Shown in pieces: positions 37,089-51,613 of a DNA stretch of 64,000 nt (positions are counted from its first letter, which is position 1; each line of letters begins with the position of its first letter). Location of the stretch: the NCBI GenBank assembly GCA_964016885.1, contig OZ024742.1, positions 1,426,001 through 1,490,000 on the forward strand. Reading direction: 5' to 3'. The translations under genes and the position numbers were made by a program. Under the pieces are notes generated by a model. The model was given only the letters and a program-made list of their open reading frames with translations, made no database searches and had not been told where the DNA came from. The stretch is from Eledone cirrhosa. Its lineage: Eukaryota.

Positions 37089-37309
37089 AGTGTCAAAGGT
37101 AGAGCTTTCAACGCTGTATCTGTTCTGGTTCTACACATTATAGCTTCCAATCTCACCCCCTGTTACCCCCAAAAATGGCAGCATGATAGACCTGGGTCTC
37201 TCTTACCATTAAAACACTGAAGAAACCTTCTGTGGGAGTCAGCCTTATAAGAAGTCACTTGAACCCACACAGGTGTGATAACAACAACAATATCAAATAC
37301 ACAACAATA

Positions 37310-38155
37310 ATGGTTTCTGATTTAGGTGCAAGGCCAACAATGTTTCGGGGAGGGGAAAGGTGATAAAATCAACCCTAATACGTTACTGGTACTTTATTTT
37401 ATCAGCTCCATAAGGATGAAATGTAAAGTTAACCTCAACAGGATTTGAACTCTAAATGTAAAGGGATGTAACTATATGCTGCAAAGCCTGTTGTTCAACT
37501 GATACTGCCAATCCTTAAACATATATTAAATACATTACATTTAATTTAAACAGTAATAACAAGGATCTTAAGTGCATCATATGGACCAAACTATTTAGAT
37601 CAGTGACCTTTTTATGGAAACCTTGAAGCCTCTGTCACTCTAGGCAGGTGCCAAAATATATAGGTATATATAATAAAATAGATAGTAAAGATTAAAGACT
37701 AAATCTGATTGAGCAAGTTGTATGGTATTATTTTGTGGTGGATTGGCAGTATCGGTAGAGGGTCGGACACTATGCTTTGACGTATAGTTACAGCCCTTGC
37801 CATTCTGAGTTCAAATCCCGCCGAGGTTAACTTTGCTTTTCATCCTTACGGGGTCAATAAAATAAAGTACCAGTAACGCACTGGGATAATTGTTGGCCTT
37901 GTGCCAAAAGTAGAAACAATTATTTAATATATTTTCTTGGGTGGTAAATTGTCAGAGTCGGTAGAGCATCAGACAATTGCTTAGCAGTATTTGTTCTGGT
38001 TCTTTACATTCTGAGTTCAAATCCCATAAAGGTCAACTTTGTCTTTCATCCTTCCAAGGTTGATAAAATATAATATTAGTCATGTACTAGAGTAGATATA
38101 ATTGACTTTCCCTGTCCCTTAAACTGCTGGCTTTGGCCCCTAAATTAGAAACCAT
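37310..38155. mobile_element. Cluster of three family-2 SINEs (37310-37512 -, 37735-37922 +, 37940-38155 +)
   Basis: Shared GTTCAAATCC / CTTTCATCC / AAAGTACCAGT / TAGAAACMATT motifs. Confidence 0.8.
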
Positions 38156-39552
38156 TATTTGAAATATTTTCATTTCTTATAAGAATGTCAAGTTTTCGTC
38201 CCAACGTTCAATGGACCCTGCTGGGTAGGTTGATTGGCCCCCTGGGAGTTGACTATTTTGGAACCCCTGAAATAAACTATCACTTGTATGTAGGTTGTTA
38301 GTACTACACTCCACATTTTTTCTTGTGATGAACATATATTTGAGCAAGAGATTAATAAAATATTGACTGATCAATACAAGATCAATAATATTTAGAGAGA
38401 GATAAAGCTCAATTCTAACTGTACTTATGTTGTTATTGATTTTATTGAACATAAAATAATCTTAATGTTAGATTTATGATTGAATTGGGAATTGTGTTGT
38501 AAGAGTTAATATTAATATTCTTCTCACTGGGTCACTGTACCTAAATAATACTGTAGTTAAACTATAGATTTAACTATAGCACAGAGGTTTAACTATAGCA
38601 CATAGGTTTAACTATATATAGCACATAGGTTTAACTATATATATAGCACATAGGTTTAATTTGGCTCTTAATAATATACAAGTATTTTAAAGCCGTTTTC
38701 CCTGCTGAAACAAGGGTTTACCTTATGACAGGCTCCATACATATCCAGGGGACCTTTGGTTTTACAACCAGATGCCTTTCCTAACCTGTTTAATAGCATT
38801 GTACAGTTTGTAGGGATATGGTGAACCTATTCTAAACCAGCTGCACACAGCACATAGCTCTATATGATAATGTTTAGGTATTTATTAATCAAGGTAAGAT
38901 ATTCAGGTTAGTTAATGCGGCCACTGTATTAAGGTTATCATTTAACAATATGTTGGCTCTTAATCTAATTTAGTTATTTAATTAATCAAGGTAACTTATT
39001 CAGGTAAGCTAATATGGTCAGTAGACCAAGGTAATAGTTTAACTATGTATAGCTGTTTGGTAATCTAATTATTTATTAATCCAAGTTATTCAGCTAATGT
39101 GGGTGTTTTCTTGTGTCCTAATTAGGCTCGTTAATACTGGCTTTTTAATTAATTTTATCTTTTTTTTTCATGAATCCAGCCTTGGATTTTATTTTTAATA
39201 TAAGATATTTAGATTGGAATATTAATTACTATGTTAATTTTAGATTGGAATGTGGAGTTTTTATTTTCTTAATGATAATTCTTTCTAACGCAGGCACAAG
39301 GCCATCAATTTGGGAGAAGGGGACGCTGGTTATATCAACCCCGGTACTTAACTGGTACTTTATCAGCCCTGGAAGAAAAAAAGGCAAAGTTGACTTAGAA
39401 TGTAAAAAGTTGTAACTAAATACTGCAGTGTTATTTACTTATACTCTGATATATTCAAACTAGTGTCAACATCTTAGTTGTTATAGTCACAAAATATCAG
39501 CTGTTCTACCCTCTGGCCATCTTCAGAGGTATTATCATTATTTTACACTGAT

Positions 39553-39743
39553 GGCAGTGGATTGGCAGTATCGGTAGAGGGTCGGATGCCATGCTTTGCA
39601 GCATAGAGTTACGGCCCATTATGGTCTAAGTTCAAATCCCGCCAAGGTTAATTTTACCTTTCATCCTTACAGGGTCGATAACATAAAGGACCAGTAACAC
39701 ATTGGGATAATTACTGGCCTTGTGCTAAAAGTAGAAACAATTA
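39553..39743 (+). mobile_element. Family-2 tRNA SINE
   Basis: Closely matches 37735-37922. Interrupts a copy of the 6298-6420 repeat family. Confidence 0.85.
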
Positions 39744-40623
39744 TTTTAAATTGATGTATTCAAGCTAATGCCTATATCTTGGTTGTTATAGTCATAACTT
39801 TTCAACTGTTAGTGGGAAGTAAAAGATGTAACTACATTTTTGGCACACAAGGAGTGACCGGTAAACAATGTACCAATATGTATTTGACACACATCAAATG
39901 ATACCAATATGTTTTTGGTATTTAAAGAGTTAATGATTTCACAACTTCCAGCTATCCCTACTGAGATCCAATCTATTGTATGTTGTGTTTCTAGTCCTTA
40001 AATTGATTGACAAACCAGCCATCATATTACGGAGGTGGTGTAAGCTGATGCTGGTCTCAATATTGGCAGTAATGTAATAAATAGCTGGCACTATACCAGA
40101 ACTTCAGCACTATTAATATGGTGGTCAAGAGAAGATTAGAGTTGTTGTAAAACTGCCAACAATATGTTGGCAATCAGCTGTAATTAACCTCTGTAATTAT
40201 AGATCGAAGATGGAATATTAGTGCCTGCAGAGGGAAACATTGACTATAGGGGTGTGGCTAAGGAGATAGACTATGGCCCACAATGTTAAGGATTCAATTC
40301 TCACTGATTTTTGTGCTGGAATTCTTCCTACAATATGCTCGCTTGTAGCTGGACTGTTAACATTGTGTTAAACAATAACAAATATTACACCTTAGTACAT
40401 ATCTGATAACACATCAAATGATTATTATGCAACTACTTTGATGTCTTTTAAATACACATAACAGGATTATATAATAAACAGAATGTGTGCATAAACCATC
40501 TCTTTTCTTCATAATATTGACACTGTTTGATACCTTAATGTACCCACATCATGGAGTGCTTAGGTCTGTTTACACCAAAGTCAGTTGATTTATTGATCAA
40601 CCAACATTTCTTTACTTGGAATT

Positions 40624-40670
<47 letters not shown>

Positions 40671-41104
40671 AACCCATGCCATCGTGAAAAAATGGACGTT
40701 AAACGGAGATGATAATGATGATATATAATGTAAATTTTCACAACAATTTGTCCACTAGTAAAAATACTATAAACATTTAAGTTAATAAACTTACTTTTAC
40801 ATGTTTTCTACTAAATTCTCACTGAAGGTTAACCCTTTCGATACCCACTCAAAACTGTCTCTGGTTCTATCAAACAAAACCACCATTTTAAAGGGTTTCT
40901 ACTTAAAAGGAATCCTGCCAACATAATTTTAACATGTCCTTATGTTATAAATGCCATCTTAATGAAATTATAAATTTAGTAAATAATTCCCAAATTCTTC
41001 ATTAATTAATTAAAATACAAAGTATTTAATTAGAAATACTGTAATGAAAGGGTTAAGGTTTAATGAGATTTGTGTGACATTACTTCATGTTAACTAACCA
41101 CATA

Positions 41105-41267
41105 TTAACCATGTAATATCTATAGTCCCCTGTACTAAATATATAATATATACACCCATTAAAACCATGTAATATCTATAGGCGCCTGTACTAAATATAT
41201 AATATATACACCCATTAAAACCATGTAATATCTATAGGCCCCTGTACTAAATATATAATATATACAC
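41105..41267. repeat. Three copies of a 56-bp unit
   Basis: AACCATGTAATATCTATAGGCCCCTGTACTAAATATATAATATATACACCCATTAA. Confidence 0.9.
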
Positions 41268-42086
41268 TCTAAAACTACTTTGTATGTTTTTTTTTACCTT
41301 TTGTATTTTTATTTTATTTTCCTATTTGCTTCATACCTGCTTCTCTTGAAATTAAATGCTTGCATTTCTTCTTTTCTTTTCTTTGTTACAAAATCATATC
41401 CAATACATGTTTTCATTTGATCAAATCTCAGTTTTTAACTATTTCTATTGTTTCATGTCAATTTTCATAAACTTTTCTAACATACAAATTATAGTCAGAA
41501 AATGTAGGGAAACACCCCACACATGTTAAAAACTATTCCTATATCCCTATATTGTTTACAATGTAATTCCACTTTCATTTTAACAAATCTTTTTATCTTC
41601 TGTGAAATAAATGTTTATGTATTATTTTTATTATTACATCCAAGTTTTTCTCAAAACATGGAGAAAACACCAACAAAACCCTGCATTTATTTGTCAAAAG
41701 TAGGTCCTGTGTTGTTCTCATTTTATGTAATCTTACTTTGAGGGTTGACTGAAAAATTTATAGACTGACCAAGATACTCTCATGGAATGACCAAATGAGG
41801 TTTATTTTTCAACATAGTCCCTGGAAAGAAACAATGTAGTTATTAATAAGAAGAGTTAAAATTAATGCATGCTAGATTTCACAGCTCTAGCATCACTCCT
41901 TCATAACAATAGCCAGCCTATAAACTTTCATCCAACCCTCATACTTTTAACAAACCTATTTCTACCGTTTGAAGTAAATTTATATGTATTATTATTACAT
42001 CCATGTTTGGTTCAGATCAGAACATGTGGGAGCATAACATGTGGTAAACAAAATAAACCCCAGTAGAAACTTACTCTCTTTTTCAG

Positions 42087-42171
42087 TGTATTGATGCCTT
42101 AAACAATGTCCATTCCAAAATCAATGTATCTGTTGCTGGACGGAAGAATATTACTGAGACATTTAATAAAT
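42087..42171 (+). CDS. DCTN3: DCTN3 exon 2
   Basis: ttttcag|CIDALNNVHSKINVSVAGRKNITETFNK|gtaagt; 85 nt, phase 0 to 1. Confidence 0.85.
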
Positions 42172-42502
42172 GTAAGTTAAACCTTTCACAACTGCATCCC
42201 TAATGAACTACACTCTATTTCAGTTAATTAATGAAGATATTTGAGGGATTTACTAAAATTATTAATTATTTCATTACTAAGATAATAACTTCACATATGG
42301 TTTTTATATAAAATTATGTTAGATTTTAATTTAAACTGGAAACTATAAAAATGGGTGGTTTTAATTCATAGAACCAGAGCTGGTTTTGGTAACTAAAGGG
42401 TTAAACCTTTTCTAAAATCTTTCTTTCTTGTTTTTTATGGTTTATATTTAATATATTTTATTTGAAGAACTGGGACATCTCCACCTTTGTATTTCTTTCT
42501 AG

Positions 42503-42589
42503 TATCAGAACTTCAGAAATATTTAGACCCAGAATTTACTGATGAACTCACTATAACAACATCAGCTAAAACTGAAATGATACTGGCTG
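42503..42589 (+). CDS. DCTN3: DCTN3 exon 3
   Basis: LSELQKYLDPEFTDELTITTSAKTEMILA|gtaagt, comparable to human [27 protein letters not shown]. Confidence 0.92.
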
Positions 42590-43081
42590 GTAAGTGAAAC
42601 ACTTCATCTTTATACCTGATATCAGATTTTGTGATGGCAAAGGAAGAGAATTCACACTTGCAATATGGATGTCAGCTGTCCTACAATTGGTTAGGGTTAC
42701 GATAACAATCTTGTGGCTTTCATTCTTGAACTGGGTTGTGTTGTGTTTTTGAGAAAAACATTTCATGTTGCTCCAGTATACTCAGCTGAAAATGCGTACC
42801 AGCAATAGCTGGGGGTTTACCCTTGTGATGGACTGGCGCCCTGTCTAGAGGGGTGTCTTGTATTCTCAGTTGCTTCACGCCACGGAATCCAGGATAAGCA
42901 CCAGCCTGATGAGCCTCCAGGCTTGTGACAGACTTTTACTTAACATTATATGTGTACGTGTGTATATATATATATCATCACCGTCTTACGCCCGTTCTTC
43001 CACGCTAGCATGGGTTAGACGAGTTATCCTGTTGTGGGCAGTGTCTGGTCGGCTGACTTTGTCTTGCTCATACGGGAACTG

Positions 43082-43120
<39 letters not shown>

Positions 43121-43127
43121 TTTACAT

Positions 43128-46100
43128 AACCCTGAGATGGACTGGCAAGCTGTCCAGGAGGACGTCTTATAACAGTGTGATAGACTAGCGTCCTGTCCAA
43201 GGGGAAGTCTTGTAACAGTGTGATAGACTAGCGTCCTGTCCAGGGGGAAGTCTTGTAACACTGTGATAGACTAGCGTCCTGTCCAGGTGGAAGTCTTGTA
43301 ACACTGTGATAGACTAGCGTCCTGTCCAGGGGGAAGTCTTGTAACAGTGTGATAGACTAGCGTCCTGTCCAGGGGGAAGTCTTATAACAGTGTGATAGAC
43401 TAGCGTCCTGTCCAGGTGGAAGTCTTGTAACACTGTGATAGACTAGCGTCCTGTCCAGGGGGAAGTCTTGTAACACTGTGATAGACTAGCGTCCTGTCCA
43501 GGTGGAAGTCTTGTAACACTGTGATAGACTAGCGTCCTGTCCAGGTGGAAGTCTTGTAACACTGTGATAGACTAGCGTCCTGTCCAGGGGGAAGTCTTAT
43601 AACAGTGTGATAGACTAGCGTCCTGTCCAGGTGGAAGTCTTGTAACACTGTGATAGACTAGCGTCCTGTCCAGGGGGAAGTCTTGTAACACTGTGATAGA
43701 CTAGCGTCCTGTCCAGGTGGAAGTCTTGTAACACTGTGATAGACTAGCGTCCTGTCCAGGTGGAAGTCTTGTAACACTGTGATAGACTAGCGTCCTGTCC
43801 AGGGGGAAGTCTTTTAACACTGTGATAGACTAGCGTCCTGTCCAAGGGGAAGTCTTGTAACAGTGTGATAGACTAGCGTCCTGTCCAGGGGGAAGTCTTG
43901 TAACAGTGTGATAGACTAGTATTCTGTCCAGGGGGAAGTCTTGTAACACTGTGATAGACTAGCATCCTGTCCGGGGCGAAGTCTTGTAACACTGTGATAG
44001 ACTAGCATCCTGTCCGGGGGAAAGTCTTGTAACACTGTGATAGACTAGCATCCTGTCCGGGGGGAAGTCTTGTAACACTGTGATAGACTAGTATTCTGTC
44101 CAGGGGAAGTGTTGTAACACTGTGATAGACTAGTATTCTGTCCAGGGGGAAGTCTTGTAACACTGTGATAGACTAGCATCCTGTCCGGGGGGAAGTCTTG
44201 TAACACTGTGATAGACTGGCATGCTGTCCTGGGGGAAGTCTTGTAACACTGTGATAGGCTAGCATCCTGTCCAGGGGGAAGTCTTGTAACACTGTGATAG
44301 ACTCGTGTCCTGTCCAGGGGGAACTCTTGTAACACTGTGATAGACTAGTTTTCTGTCCAGGGGGAAGTCTTGTAACACTGTGATTCACTAGTATTCTGCC
44401 CAGGGGGAAGTCTTGTAACACTGTGATAGACTAGTATTCTGTCTAGAGGGAAGTCTTGTAACACTGGATAGACTAGCGTCCTGCCCAGGGTGAAGTCTTG
44501 TAACACTGTGATTCACTAGTATTCTGCCCAGGGGGAAGTCTTGTAACACTGTGATAGACTAGTATTCTGTCTAGAGGGAAGTCTTGTAACACTGTGATAG
44601 ACTAGCGTCCTGTCCAGAGGGAAGTCTTGTAACACTGTGATAGGCTAGCTTCCTGTCCAGGGGGAAGACTTGTAACACTGTGATAGACTAGCGTCCTGTC
44701 CAGGGGGAAGTCTTGTAACACTGTGATAGACTAGCGTCCTGTCCTGGGGGAAGTCTTGTAACATTGATAGACTAGCGTCCTGTCCAGGGGGAAGTCTTAT
44801 AACACTGTGATAGACTAGCGTCCTGTCCAGGGGGAAGTCTTGTAACACTGTGATAGACTGGCATGCTGTCCTGGGGGAAGTCTTGTAACACTGTGATAGA
44901 CTAGCGTCCTGTCCTGGGGGAAGTCTTGTAACACTGTGATAGACTAGCGTCCTGTCCAGGGGGAAGTCTTGTAAATCTGTGATAGACTAGCGTCCTGTCC
45001 AGGGGGAAGTCTTGTAACACTGTGATAGACTAGCGTCCTGTCCACGGGGAAGTCTTGTAAATCTGTGATAGACTAGCGTCCTGTCCAGGGGGAAGTCTTG
45101 TAACACTGTGATAGACTAGCGTCCTGTCCTGGGGGAAGTCTTGTAACACTGATAGACTAGCGTCCTGTCCAGGGGGAAGTCTTGTAACACTGTGATAGAT
45201 TAGCGTCCTGTCCTGGGGGAAGTCCTGTAACACTGTGATAGACTAGCATCCTGTCCAGGAGGAAGTCTTGTAAATCTGTGATAGACTAGCGTCCTGTCCA
45301 GGGGGAAGTCTTGTAACACTGTGATAGACTAGCGTCCTGTCCAGTGGGAAGTCTTGTAACACTGTGATAGACTAGTACTCTGTCCAGAGGAAAGTCTTGT
45401 AACACTTTGATAGACCAGTATTCTGTCCAGAGGAAACTCTTGTAACACTGTGATAGACTAGTGTCCTGTCCAGGGGGAAGTCTTGTAACACTGTGATAGA
45501 CTAGCATCCTGTCCAGGAGGAAGTCTTGTAACACTGTGATAGACTAGTATTCTGTCCAGAGGGAAGTCTTGTAACACTGTGATAGACTAGCGTCCTGTCC
45601 AGAGGGAAGTCTTGTAACACTGTGATAGACTAGTATTCTGTCTAGAGGGAAGTCTTGTAACACTGTGATGGACTAGCGTCCTGTCCAGTGGGAAGTCTTG
45701 TAACACTGTGATAGACTAGTATTCTGTCCAGAGGGAAGTCTTGTAACACTGTGATAGACTAGTGTCCTGTCCAGGGAGAAGTCTTGTAACACTGTGATAG
45801 ACTAGAGTCCTGTCCAGAGGGAAGTCTTGTAACACTGTGATAGACTAGCGTCCTGTCCAGGAGGAAGTCTTGTAACACTGTGATAGACTAGTGTCCTGTC
45901 CAGGGGGAAGTCTTGTAACACTGTGATAGACTAGCATCCTGTCCAGGAGGAAGTCTTGTAACACTGTGATAGACTAGTATTCTGTCCAGAGGGAAGTCTT
46001 GTAACACTGTGATAGACTAGCGTCCTGTCCAGAGGGAAGTCTTGTAACACTGTGATAGACTAGTATTCTGTCTAGAGGGAAGTCTTGTAACACTGTGATG

Positions 46101-48776
46101 GACTAGCGTCCTGTCCAGTGGGAAGTCTTGTAACACTGTGATAGACTAGTATTCTGTCCAGAGGGAAGTCTTGTAACACTGTGATAGACTAGTGTCCTGT
46201 CCAGGGGGAAGTCTTGTAACACTGTGATAGACTAGCGTCCTGTCTAGAGGGAAGTCTTGTGACACTGTGATAGACTAGCGTCCTGTCTAGAGGGAAGTCT
46301 TGTATCACTGTGATAGACTAGCGTCCTGTCCAGGAGGAAGTCTTGTAACACTGTGAGAGACTAGCGTCCTGTCCAGGGGGAAGTCTTGTAACACTGTGAT
46401 AGACTAGCGTCCTGTCCAGGGGGAAGTCTTGTAACACTGTGATAGACCAGTATTCTGTCCAGAGGGAAGTCTTGTAACACTGTGATAGACTAGTCTTCCG
46501 TCCAGAGGAAAGTCTTGTAACACTGATAGACTAGCGTCCTGTCCAGGGGGAAGTCTTGTAACTGTGATAGACTAGCGTCCTGTCTAGAGGGAAGTCTTGT
46601 AACACTGTGATGGACTAGCGTCCTGTCCAGGGGGAAGTCTTGTAACACTGTGATAGACTACTATTCTGTCCAGAGGAAAGTCTTGTAACACTGTGATAGA
46701 CTAGCTTCCTGTCCAGGGGGAAGTCTTGTAACACTGTGATAGACTAGTATTCTGTCCAGGGGGAAGTCTTGTAACACTGTGATAGACTAGCGTCCTGTCC
46801 AGGAGGAAGTCTTGTAACACTGTGATAGACTAGCGTCCTGTCCAGGGGGAAGTCTTGTAACACTGTGATAGACTGGCATGCTGTCCTGGGGGCAGTCTTG
46901 TAACACTCTGATAGACTAGCATCCTGTCCAGGCGGAAGTCTTGTAACTCTGTGATAGACTAGCGTCCTGTCGAGGGGGAAGTCTTGTAACACTGTGATAG
47001 ACTAGTATTCTGTCCAGGGAGAAGTCTTGTAACACTGTGATAGACTAGCGTCCTGTCCAGAGGGAAGTCTTGTAACACAGTGAGTCACTAGTATTCTGCC
47101 CAGGGGGAAGTCTTGTAACACTGATAGACTAGCGTCCTGTCCAGGGGGAAGTCTTGTAACACAGTGATAGACTAGTATTCTGTCCAGGGGGAAGTCTTGT
47201 AACACTGTGATAGACTAGCGTCCTGTCCAGGAGGAAGTCTTGTAACACTGTGATAGACTAGTATTCTGTCCAGGGGGAAGTCTTGTAACACTGTGATAGA
47301 CTAGCGTCCTGTCCAGGGGGAATCTTGTAACACTGTGATAGACTGGCATGCTGTCCAGGGGGAAGTCTTGTAACACTGTGATAGACTAGCGTCCTGTCCA
47401 GGGGGAAGTCTTGTAACACTGTGATAGACTAGTATTCTGTCCAGGGGGAAGTCTTGTAACACTGTGATAGACTAGCGTCCTGTCCAGGGGGAATCTTGTA
47501 ACACTGTGATAGACTGGCATGCTGTCCAGGGGGAAGTCTTGTAACACTGTGATAGACTAGCGTCCTGTCCAGGGGGAAGTCTTGTAACACTGTGATAGAC
47601 TAGTATTCTGTCCAGGGGGAAGTCTTGTAACACTGTGATAGACTAGCGTCCTGTCCAGAAGGAAGTCTTGTAACACTGTGATTCACTAGTATTCTGCCCA
47701 GGGGGAAGTCTTGTAACACTGTGATAGACTAGCGTCCTGTCCAGCGGGAAGTCTTGTAACACTGTGATAGACTAGTATTCTGTCCAGGGGGAAGTCTTGT
47801 AACACTGTGATAGACTAGTGTCCTGTCCAGGGGGAAGTTTTGTAACACTGTGATAGACTAGTATTCTGTCCAGGGGGAAGTCTTGTAACACTGTGATAGA
47901 CTAGCGTCCTGTCCAGAGGGAAGTCTCGTAACACTGTGATTCACTAGTATTCTGCCCAGGGGGAAGTCTTGTAACACTGTGATAGACTAGCGTCCTGTCC
48001 AGGGGGAAGTCTTGTAACACTGTGATAGACTAGTATTCTGTCCAGGGGGAAGTCTTGTAACACTGTAATAGACTAGCGTCCTGTCCAGGAGGAATTCTTG
48101 TAACACTGTGATAGACTAGTATTCTGTCCAGGGGGAAGTCTTGTAACACTGTGATAGACTAGCGTCCTGTCCAGAGGGAAGTCTCGTAACACTGTGATTC
48201 ACTAGTATTCTGCCCAGGGGGAAGTCTTGTAACACTGTGATAGACTAGCGTCCTGTCCAGGGGGAAGTCTTGTAACACTGTGATAGACTAGTATTCTGTC
48301 CAGGGGGAAGTCTTGTAACACTGTAATAGACTAGCGTCCTGTCCAGGAGGAATTCTTGTAACACTGTGATAGACTAGTATTCTGTCCAGGAGGAAGTCTT
48401 GTAACACTGTGATAGACTAGCGTCCTCTCCAGACGGAAGTCTTGTAACACTGTGATAGACTAGTATTCTGTCTAGAGGGATGTCTTGTAACACTCTGATA
48501 GACTAGTATTCTGTCCAGGGGGAAGTCTTGTAACACTGCGATAGACTAGTATTCTGTCCAGGGGGAAGTCTTGTAACACTGTGATAGACTAGCGTCCTGT
48601 CCAGGGGAAAGTCTTGTAACACTGTGATAGACTAGTATTCTGTCCAGGGGGAAGTCTTGTAACACTGTGATAGACTAGCGTCCTGTCCAGGGGGTGTCTA
48701 TCACAGTTTTACAAGACTTCCCTCTGGACAGGATGCTAGTCTATCACAGTGTTACAAACTTCCCCTTGGACAGGAC
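43128..48776. repeat. 43-bp satellite (~130 copies), SINE-derived, with inverted terminal units
   Basis: AACACTGTGATAGACTAGCGTCCTGTCCAGGGGGAAGTCTTGT; the last ~2 units (48696-48776) are reversed. Confidence 0.97.
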
Positions 48777-50219
48777 TTAAGCCCTCTATATATATTGTTG
48801 TTGTTCACACATGTAGATTTCATCAAATCACTTTAATGTATTAAGTTATGTTCCAAACACTAACTTAATAAGTTACATTATAAATTTATTCAAATTCTTG
48901 ATTATATTCCAAATGATAGGTAGTGTCTTTCATTAAAAATATGGTTATGTAACCAACTCTCATTATTGTGCATTTGTAACACAACCTAACAAAGGTTGTT
49001 ATATAAAATTATGATTGAAGATTTTTTGATAAATATATACATTTAGGAATATTCAAATTTGTAGAGGATCGGTGGCCTAGTGGTAAGGAATGTATAGACG
49101 GTGGACATCTAGGTGAAGGGGTCAATCTTGTCTGAATCTATACTAAGGGGCCTTACTAAAATTTTTGATTAGTCCAAGCCATGCAAGCATAGAAAAACTA
49201 AATGACAATGATAATAATGAAATTATTGTGTACAGTGCTCAGGTGCACTACAACTCGTCAAAGGTGCATGTATAGTACATAGAATAATATACAAATGTTA
49301 GGGAAGTGAATAGTGTATGAGTCATGATATACATGTGTATATGTGTATGAAGGGGGAACATTAGGTGTAGCGTTGGTGAATCTCGTGAAACGAGGGTCAG
49401 TTTCAGGCAGTTTAGCATCTAAATAATTTTACATCTACCTGTTATGTATATTATTGATGATTTTCAATCACCTGAAATCCCAGTTTACTCTAGGATCATT
49501 AGAGGGAGCAAGGAGAGAATTGTACAAGACAGCAATAAATAGATTGGCAGAGAATCATTAAAAGTCTAGACTAGGTGACAACTAATTTCTTACATTGAAG
49601 TAAATCCTGGACATGACATGATTAATCTAACGACTTTGAAGAGATGAACCACAAACTTAACAAACTATACTGAGGGTATTATGGAAGTAATTTGCATATA
49701 TTAGGAGATGAGCCACAAACTTAACTAACAAACTATTGTGAGGCTGGTGCAGAAGTAATTTGCATATATTAGGGACTGAATTGACAGAATCGTTAGAGTA
49801 ATTAATTAGATAACCTTGTGGTAATTGTTTTGGTTCTCTGTATCCTACTAATGAAGGCAAGGATTTTAGTTAGAGTGCTTAAACTCACAATCATAAGGTT
49901 GTGGGTTTGATTTCCAGACTGGACAGCATATTGTGTTCTTCAGTAAGATGCTTCATTTCATGTTGCTTTTCATGATTAGACTGGAGTCCCTGTCATTAAA
50001 ATATCTGAGAAACCTTTGAGATGTAACCTGTTAGGAGGTTAGCTAAACCTGCATAGCTCGGCAGAAGAGACCATACATAAGTAAGATGCTGATCCCTGGC
50101 TTGTCTGGGAGATCAGTAGCCACCACTTCAGTACTGACTTGGTCTATGTAGACCTGTCCAATCCTTGTTAGTAGGGAAAGCGGATGTTACAACAATGATG
50201 TTAATTTTCATTTCTTCTC

Positions 50220-50887
50220 TGTGTCCTGAGTTCAAATCTTGCTGGGGTCACCTGTGCCTTTCATTCTTTTAGGATGTGATAAAGTACCAGTCCAGAGAGA
50301 TTAATTAGCAGATTTGTCAGAGCATCAGACAAAAGGCTTTGTTTTTGGTATTTGTTTTGGCCTTTATGTTCGAGTTCAAATCCAGCTGAGGTCAACTTTG
50401 CCTTTTATCTTTCCAGGGCCAATGAAATAAAGTACCAGTTAAGTAGTGGGGTTAATGCAATTGACTTTCCCCTCCCTCAAATTGTTGGCCTTGTGCCAAA
50501 GTTAGAAACCATTATTATTATTAACAAATTAATAATGGTTTCTGATTTAGACACAAGGCCAACAATTTTGGGGAGGGAAAGTTGGTTAAATTAAACTCAG
50601 TGCGTTACTGGTACTTTATTTTATCGATCCCATCAGGATGAAAGACAAAGCTAACCTTAGCAGAATTTGAACTCAGAACACAAAGGGACGTCACTCTATA
50701 TCACAAAGCATGTTGTCCGACACTCTACCCATTACTGCCAACCCACTGCCCTTAATAATAATAATTTCTACTATAGGCACAAGGCCAGCAATTTGGGGGA
50801 AGAGAAAAACCGATTAAATTGACCCCAGTGCATTACTGGTGTTTTATTCTATCATCTCCGAAAGGATGAAAGGTAAAGTTAACCTCA
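50220..50887. mobile_element. Cluster of family-2 SINE copies in both orientations
   Basis: Repeated GAGTTCAAAT / CTTTCAT / AAAGTACCAGT motifs on both strands. Confidence 0.75.
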
Positions 50888-51613
50888 ATAACAATAATAA
50901 TTCTGAAATAGAGAAAAAGTCGACAGGTATATGGTGGGTTAAGTCCCTCAGTCCACCCAGTACTTAACATATATTTTATTTTATCATTGTCAAAAAGATT
51001 AAAAGGTAAAGTTTGTTGTTGATAATGTATATTTATTACAAGTACACATGTGAGGAATTTGTTTTTTTTTTCATTTTCTTTTAATTATTTTCATTTTGAA
51101 AGGAAAATTAATATTGATTCCATTATTTTGTGCAATGAGCACTGAAAATGAAGATGATGATTATTTTAATTATGTCTCATTATATGATGTTACTCAGAAT
51201 GGTCAAAGTAATATCTCCGACATTACCAGGTATATGACAGGTAATACTTCTAGTTTAAAGAGAATTACTGAAAAGTAGCAAAACTTTATAAGTTGCCTCC
51301 CTTAGTAGTATTAATTCACTATGTATGTAGTATATTGTGTATGGTAGTGAGATGTCGGCATTAACCCTTTTAAATATCAGCCCACCGCCCCCAAAACTGC
51401 CCCTGTTTCTATGAAACAAAACCACTCATTTTAAAGGAATCCTATTTTTATGTAAGACCCTTTTGTTATGTTATAAATACAGTAAGGTCCACCTCCCCCC
51501 AAGTGTAGATCCTGATTGTGACATAACCCCAGACCAGAACCTCCACCGTCCCTTATACCTACCACCAGGCCACCAAGACAGCTACTAAAATTAGTAAGAC
51601 CCCCTCCCCTCCG

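Noticed and set aside
36529-37102. 172 aa and 179 aa repeat ORFs
   Set aside because: A 57-bp unit is divisible by 3 and lacks stops by chance.
42900-42940. CTGATGAGCC...GGCT as a hammerhead (also at ~22847)
   Set aside because: No GAAA or stems I/III; it is the terminal stem-loop of a SINE tail.
43128-48776. CRISPR-like appearance of this and the 69-bp arrays
   Set aside because: Head-to-tail units with no unique spacers, no cas genes, eukaryotic context.
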